DNA of 20,997 nucleotides from Verrucomicrobiota bacterium (GTDB taxonomy: Bacteria > Verrucomicrobiota > Verrucomicrobiia > Limisphaerales > CANJSG01). The DNA lies in assembly GCA_038209745.1 (NCBI GenBank), contig JBBQXJ010000081.1:1-20997 (forward strand). The letters run 5' to 3'. Made by a program: the position numbers and the translations under genes. Below the pieces are notes generated by a model. It was given only the letters and a program-made list of their open reading frames with translations. It was not told the origin of the DNA and ran no database searches. The stretch's first letter is position 1, and the number at the start of each line of letters is the position of its first letter. Shown here one piece after another: positions 17,594-20,997 of this stretch.

Positions 17594-17655
17594 AAATATG
17601 GCAGTTTCGGAGGAGATACCCGGTCCGTCCGCTGATCGGAGCGTTCATTTCAGAT

Positions 17656-18699
17656 TCACAGGTGATCCCCGGCCAGCACGTCCGTCTCCTTCAGCTCCAG
17701 TTGATACGGCTCCAACGGCATCGGCTGGTCGTGGTCCAGGAACTCCCGGCAGAGCGCGAAGAAGTCCCCCTTCGTCGCCACGCGGCGGATCTCGTGAAGG
17801 AACCGCCCCGTCGGCTCCACCCCGAGGCAGAGGAAGTTCATATACTTCTTCATCTTCTGAGTCTGGGCGTTCTCCTTCGCCGCCGTGGGCGCCGTCGCCT
17901 CCCAAAGTTTCTCCACATAGACCAGCACCTCGCGGCCCGTGGGATGGGTCTGGGGTTCGCCGCGTTCGCGTTGGCGGATCTGATTGAAGATCCATGGATT
18001 CCGGATCGCACCCCGGCCGATCATCAGCCCTCGTGCCCCCGTCGTCCTTAACACCTCCGCGCCCTTGGCGGCCGAGTAGACGTTGCCGTTCGCGATGACC
18101 GGATAGGGAAGCGCCCGAACGGCTCGCTCGATGTATTCGTAATGCACCTCGCTGCGATACATCTCCTTCACCGTGCGGCCGTGGATCGTCAGCAGGTCGA
18201 TCCGGTGTTTGGCGAAGATCCTCAGCAACTGGTCGAACACCGCCGGGTCGTCGAAACCGATCCGCGTCTTCACCGTGAAGGCGATCTCCACCGCATCCCG
18301 CAGCGCCCCGAGAATGGCGTCCACCTTTTCCGGCTCGCGCAGCAGTCCGCCGCCCGCGCACTTCCGGTAAACCACCGGTGCGGGACAGCCGAGGTTCAGG
18401 TCGATCGCCACGATCGGCAGCTTCTGGAGTTTCTTTGCGTTGCGGACGAGCGAGGGGATGTCGTTGCCGATGAGCTGGGCGATGGCGGGTCTGCCCGTCG
18501 GATTCCGCTTGATCGAATCGAGGATCCACGGCTCCAGGTTCGAGACCGCGTGGACCCGGAAATACTCCGTCCAATAGACATCCGGCCCGCCGTATTCCGC
18601 CATCAGCCCCCAAAATGGTCGATCGGTCACGTCCTGCATCGGCGCGAGCGCGAGCAGCGGACCGGGCTGGGCGAGGAGTTGGGCAAAGGTCATGGACAT
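17656..18699 (-). CDS. tRNA-dihydrouridine synthase family protein
   Basis: [56 protein letters not shown] motifs. Real start at ATG 18699 or 18693. Confidence 0.95.
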   Translation of the reverse strand: MSMTFAQLLAQPGPLLALAPMQDVTDRPFWGLMAEYGGPDVYWTEYFRVHAVSNLEPWILDSIKRNPTGRPAIAQLIGNDIPSLVRNAKKLQKLPIVAIDLNLGCPAPVVYRKCAGGGLLREPEKVDAILGALRDAVEIAFTVKTRIGFDDPAVFDQLLRIFAKHRIDLLTIHGRTVKEMYRSEVHYEYIERAVRALPYPVIANGNVYSAAKGAEVLRTTGARGLMIGRGAIRNPWIFNQIRQRERGEPQTHPTGREVLVYVEKLWEATAPTAAKENAQTQKMKKYMNFLCLGVEPTGRFLHEIRRVATKGDFFALCREFLDHDQPMPLEPYQLELKETDVLAGDHL

Positions 18700-18755
18700 C
18701 GTCGGCCGGGCAATGTGGCAGTCGGGCCAATGGGATGAAACTGGAAATCCGACAA

Positions 18756-18905
18756 GGCAGGGCAAAGGCTCCCGCCAAGCCGCCTGGGAGCGGACTGCTC
18801 CCTCTGCGGGCGCACCGGCAACCCCGGAACTCCCCGCTGTCGCCAGAGCAGCTGTCCCTTCTTCAGCCGGATCGGACGGCGGCTTGGCGGGTGCCACACG
18901 CTGCC
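18756..18905. repeat. 150-bp long inverted-repeat element (REP doublet/REPIN- or MITE-like)
   Basis: Perfect 14-bp IR cccgccaagccgcc (18771-18784) / ggcggcttggcggg (18878-18891), extended by ggcag/ctgcc ends and internal stems (ctgctc/gagcag, gcggg/cccgc, ccgg/ccgg). Confidence 0.65.
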
Positions 18906-19018
18906 CGCCCTCTTGCCTCCCGGCGCCCCACCCACTAGCCTCGCAACTTCGATTTCGACGGCGGCGTGCCCGCCGTTTCTTTTTTGCCGCGAACATTCAA
19001 CCGACAACGGACACCACG

Positions 19019-20257
19019 ATGGCCCATCTCAACGACAATTACCTGAAGCTCAAAGCCGGCTACCTCTTCCCCGAGATCGGTCGTCGCGTGAAAGCGTTCA
19101 CCGACGCCAATCCCGACGCCGCCAAGCGCCTCATCCGTTGCGGCATCGGCGACGTGACCGAAGCCCTGCCCGACGCCGTGGTGAAGGCGCTCCACAGGGC
19201 CGTCGATGAAATGGCCCAGCGCTCCACCTTCCGCGGCTACGGACCGGAACAGGGCTACGAATTCCTCCGCACCGCCATCGCGCAGAACGAATTTCGCTCC
19301 AAGGGTCTCGACGTGGCCGACGACGAGATCTTCGTTTCCGACGGTTCCAAGTGCGACTGCGGCGCCATGCTCGACATCCTCGGATCCCAGAACAAGGTGG
19401 CCATCACCGACCCCGTGTATCCCGTCTATGTGGACACCAACGTGATGGTCGGCCACACCGGCGAAGCCGACGCCAACGGTGCTTACGCGGGCCTGGCCTA
19501 CCTGCCCTGCACCGCCGAAAACGGCTTCATGCCCGTGCCGCCCGCCGAGCATGTGGACGTCGTCTACCTCTGCTCGCCCAACAATCCCACCGGCGCGGCT
19601 GCGACCCGTTCGCAGCTGGAGGCCTGGGTGCGATACGCGCTCGCCCACAAGTCGATCATCCTCTTCGACGCCGCCTACGAGGCCTACATCAGCGACGCCG
19701 ACGTGCCGCACTCCATCTACGAGATTCCCGGTGCGCGCGAGTGCGCCATCGAGTTCCGCAGCTTCTCCAAACACGGCGGTTTCACCGGCGTCCGCTGCGC
19801 CTACACCGTCGTCCCCAAGTCGCTGAAAGCCGCCAACGCCGCCGGCGAGATGCTGCCGCTCCACCCACTGTGGAACCGCCGCATGAGCACCAAGTTCAAC
19901 GGCGTCTCCTACATCGTGCAGCGCGGCGCCGAAGCGCTCTTCAGCCCCGAAGGCAAGGCCCAGGTCGCCGCCCTCGTCGCCCACTACATGGGCAACGCCA
20001 AGATCCTCCGCGAAGGCGCCACCAAGGCCGGCCTCACCGTTTATGGAGGCGAGAACGCCCCCTACATCTGGGTGAAGACTCCGGCCGGGGTCGGCAGCTG
20101 GCAGGCCTTCGACACGATCCTGACCGAAGCGAACGTCGTCATCACTCCCGGCGCCGGCTTCGGCTCGAAGGGCGAAGGCTACTTCCGCATCAGCGCCTTC
20201 AACAGCCGCGCCAACGCCGAGGAAGTGGCGGAGCGCATCCAAGCTCTGAAGTGGTAA
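19019..20257 (+). CDS. dapL: LL-diaminopimelate aminotransferase
   Basis: [87 protein letters not shown]. Confidence 0.97.
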   Translation: MAHLNDNYLKLKAGYLFPEIGRRVKAFTDANPDAAKRLIRCGIGDVTEALPDAVVKALHRAVDEMAQRSTFRGYGPEQGYEFLRTAIAQNEFRSKGLDVADDEIFVSDGSKCDCGAMLDILGSQNKVAITDPVYPVYVDTNVMVGHTGEADANGAYAGLAYLPCTAENGFMPVPPAEHVDVVYLCSPNNPTGAAATRSQLEAWVRYALAHKSIILFDAAYEAYISDADVPHSIYEIPGARECAIEFRSFSKHGGFTGVRCAYTVVPKSLKAANAAGEMLPLHPLWNRRMSTKFNGVSYIVQRGAEALFSPEGKAQVAALVAHYMGNAKILREGATKAGLTVYGGENAPYIWVKTPAGVGSWQAFDTILTEANVVITPGAGFGSKGEGYFRISAFNSRANAEEVAERIQALKW

Positions 20258-20283
20258 TTGGTTGATCGCGTTAGTTTCTCCAG

Positions 20284-20329
20284 TCCGCTTCAACCTCGGG
20301 TCGAACCGAGGTTGAAGCGGAGTTTTTTT
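20284..20329 (+). terminator. intrinsic terminator of dapL
   Basis: 16-bp perfect stem tccgcttcaacctcgg-gtcgaa-ccgaggttgaagcgga followed by gTTTTTTT. Confidence 0.9.
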
Positions 20330-20373
20330 GGAAATTCGCCTTCCCCCAGGCAACCGAAACACCCGGCTGTCGG

Positions 20374-20798
20374 TCAGGTTACGACCGGCTTGGCGCGCGC
20401 CTTCCGCCTTCGGTTTCGCTGCGGACCAAGCCTTTTCTGGGTCCAGTCCGCCGCGGGATCGCCCCAGAATGGACCGCTTGCGGGAAGTCCGAGCGGGGGC
20501 AAGGGGACGGAGCAGAGGTGGAGACTGCGGCTGCTGATGTCGCTTTCCGCCAGATCCAGCCAGGCCGACTTGGAGCCATCCTGGGCCGTCGCAGGTGCCC
20601 TGGCCCACTGACCCCTTCTCCGTGGACCGCGAGGGCTCGTTCCACCGGCCTCGCCTGCCTCTCCGCCCCGACCTTGGTCATAATGGAGACGCAATAGGCG
20701 CGGTCATTGTCGGCCGGGGTCGAGGTGTAGCGAGCGGTCGACTGGGCGGCGGCGGCGGTGAGGGCGATGGCTTGGAGGAAGGCGCGCCGGGTTTTCAT
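20374..20798 (-). pseudogene. internally deleted, frameshifted DUF2264-like gene remnant
   Basis: Frame 1: Tat-like leader MKTRRAFLQ...DRAYCVSIMTKV (family N-terminus). Frame 2: LAESDISSRSLHLCSVPLPPLGLPASGPFWGDPAADWTQKRL, resembling the family C-terminus 'LAE.YISTGSLYLC...LPLGLP...PFW.....WTQK'. Confidence 0.7.
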
Positions 20799-20914
20799 GG
20801 GCCCGGGTTTCTCCGGGAAACAATCACGGATTCGAGACCGGACAAAGAACTTTGGATGCCCCTCCACAAAACCGCTTTTCCCCGATGCAACCCCGGCTAC
20901 AGTCTCCACCACCG

Positions 20915-20997
20915 TTGAAAGCACTCACCGACATCGTCGATCAGAATTCCACCCGCGCCTTCCTCGTCGGCGTGGAGATGAAGGCCCACTCCGCCGT
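20915..20997 (+). CDS. hflX: probable GTPase HflX, 5' end only
   Basis: TTG start, (M)KALTDIVDQNSTRAFLVGVEMKAHSA resembles the HflX N-terminal 'RAxLVGV' segment. Only 27 codons are visible. Confidence 0.55.
   Translation, partial: MKALTDIVDQNSTRAFLVGVEMKAHSA

Noticed and set aside
18692..19018. Long N-terminal extensions of dapL (+) and dus (-) through the intergenic region; possible lysine riboswitch
   Set aside because: The extensions are low-complexity translations of a GC-rich hairpin. Family N-termini begin at 19019 and ~18699. No lysine-riboswitch consensus is recognisable.
18935..20608. 557-aa minus-strand ORF and 304-aa alternate-frame ORF over dapL
   Set aside because: Shadow ORFs of dapL with no recognisable motifs.

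Overview
High-GC bacterial chromosomal segment. Gene content (prepilin/H-X9-DG protein, LL-DAP aminotransferase, HflX and IF3 N-termini) points to Verrucomicrobiota/PVC, which is an inference. Mostly housekeeping genes: sucC, citrate synthase, two peptidoglycan amidases, a Zn-ribbon Ser/Thr kinase, ribD-ribE, tRNA-Leu(GAG), infC, 2Fe-2S ferredoxin, a Dus enzyme, dapL and the start of hflX. Accessory or unusual items: (1) downstream of sucC, a ~0.6 kb two-gene cassette (Imm32-like orphan immunity protein plus a small antitoxin-like protein) bracketed by a 63-bp direct repeat that is exactly the first 21 codons of a VOC-family gene; (2) a two-gene phosphorelay pairing an apparently dead pseudo-histidine kinase (H->C H-box, degenerate N/G1 boxes, one intact REC, one intact and one dead Hpt) with an intact REC-PAS-HK-REC kinase; (3) a lone AT-richer PD-(D/E)XK nuclease gene flanked by a 7-bp direct repeat between two convergent genes; (4) two decayed genes (a response regulator beside the tRNA 3' end, and an internally deleted DUF2264-like gene); (5) a 150-bp REPIN-like hairpin upstream of dapL. 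No CRISPR array, integrase or transposase was seen. All family assignments come from motif recognition by eye, not database searches.
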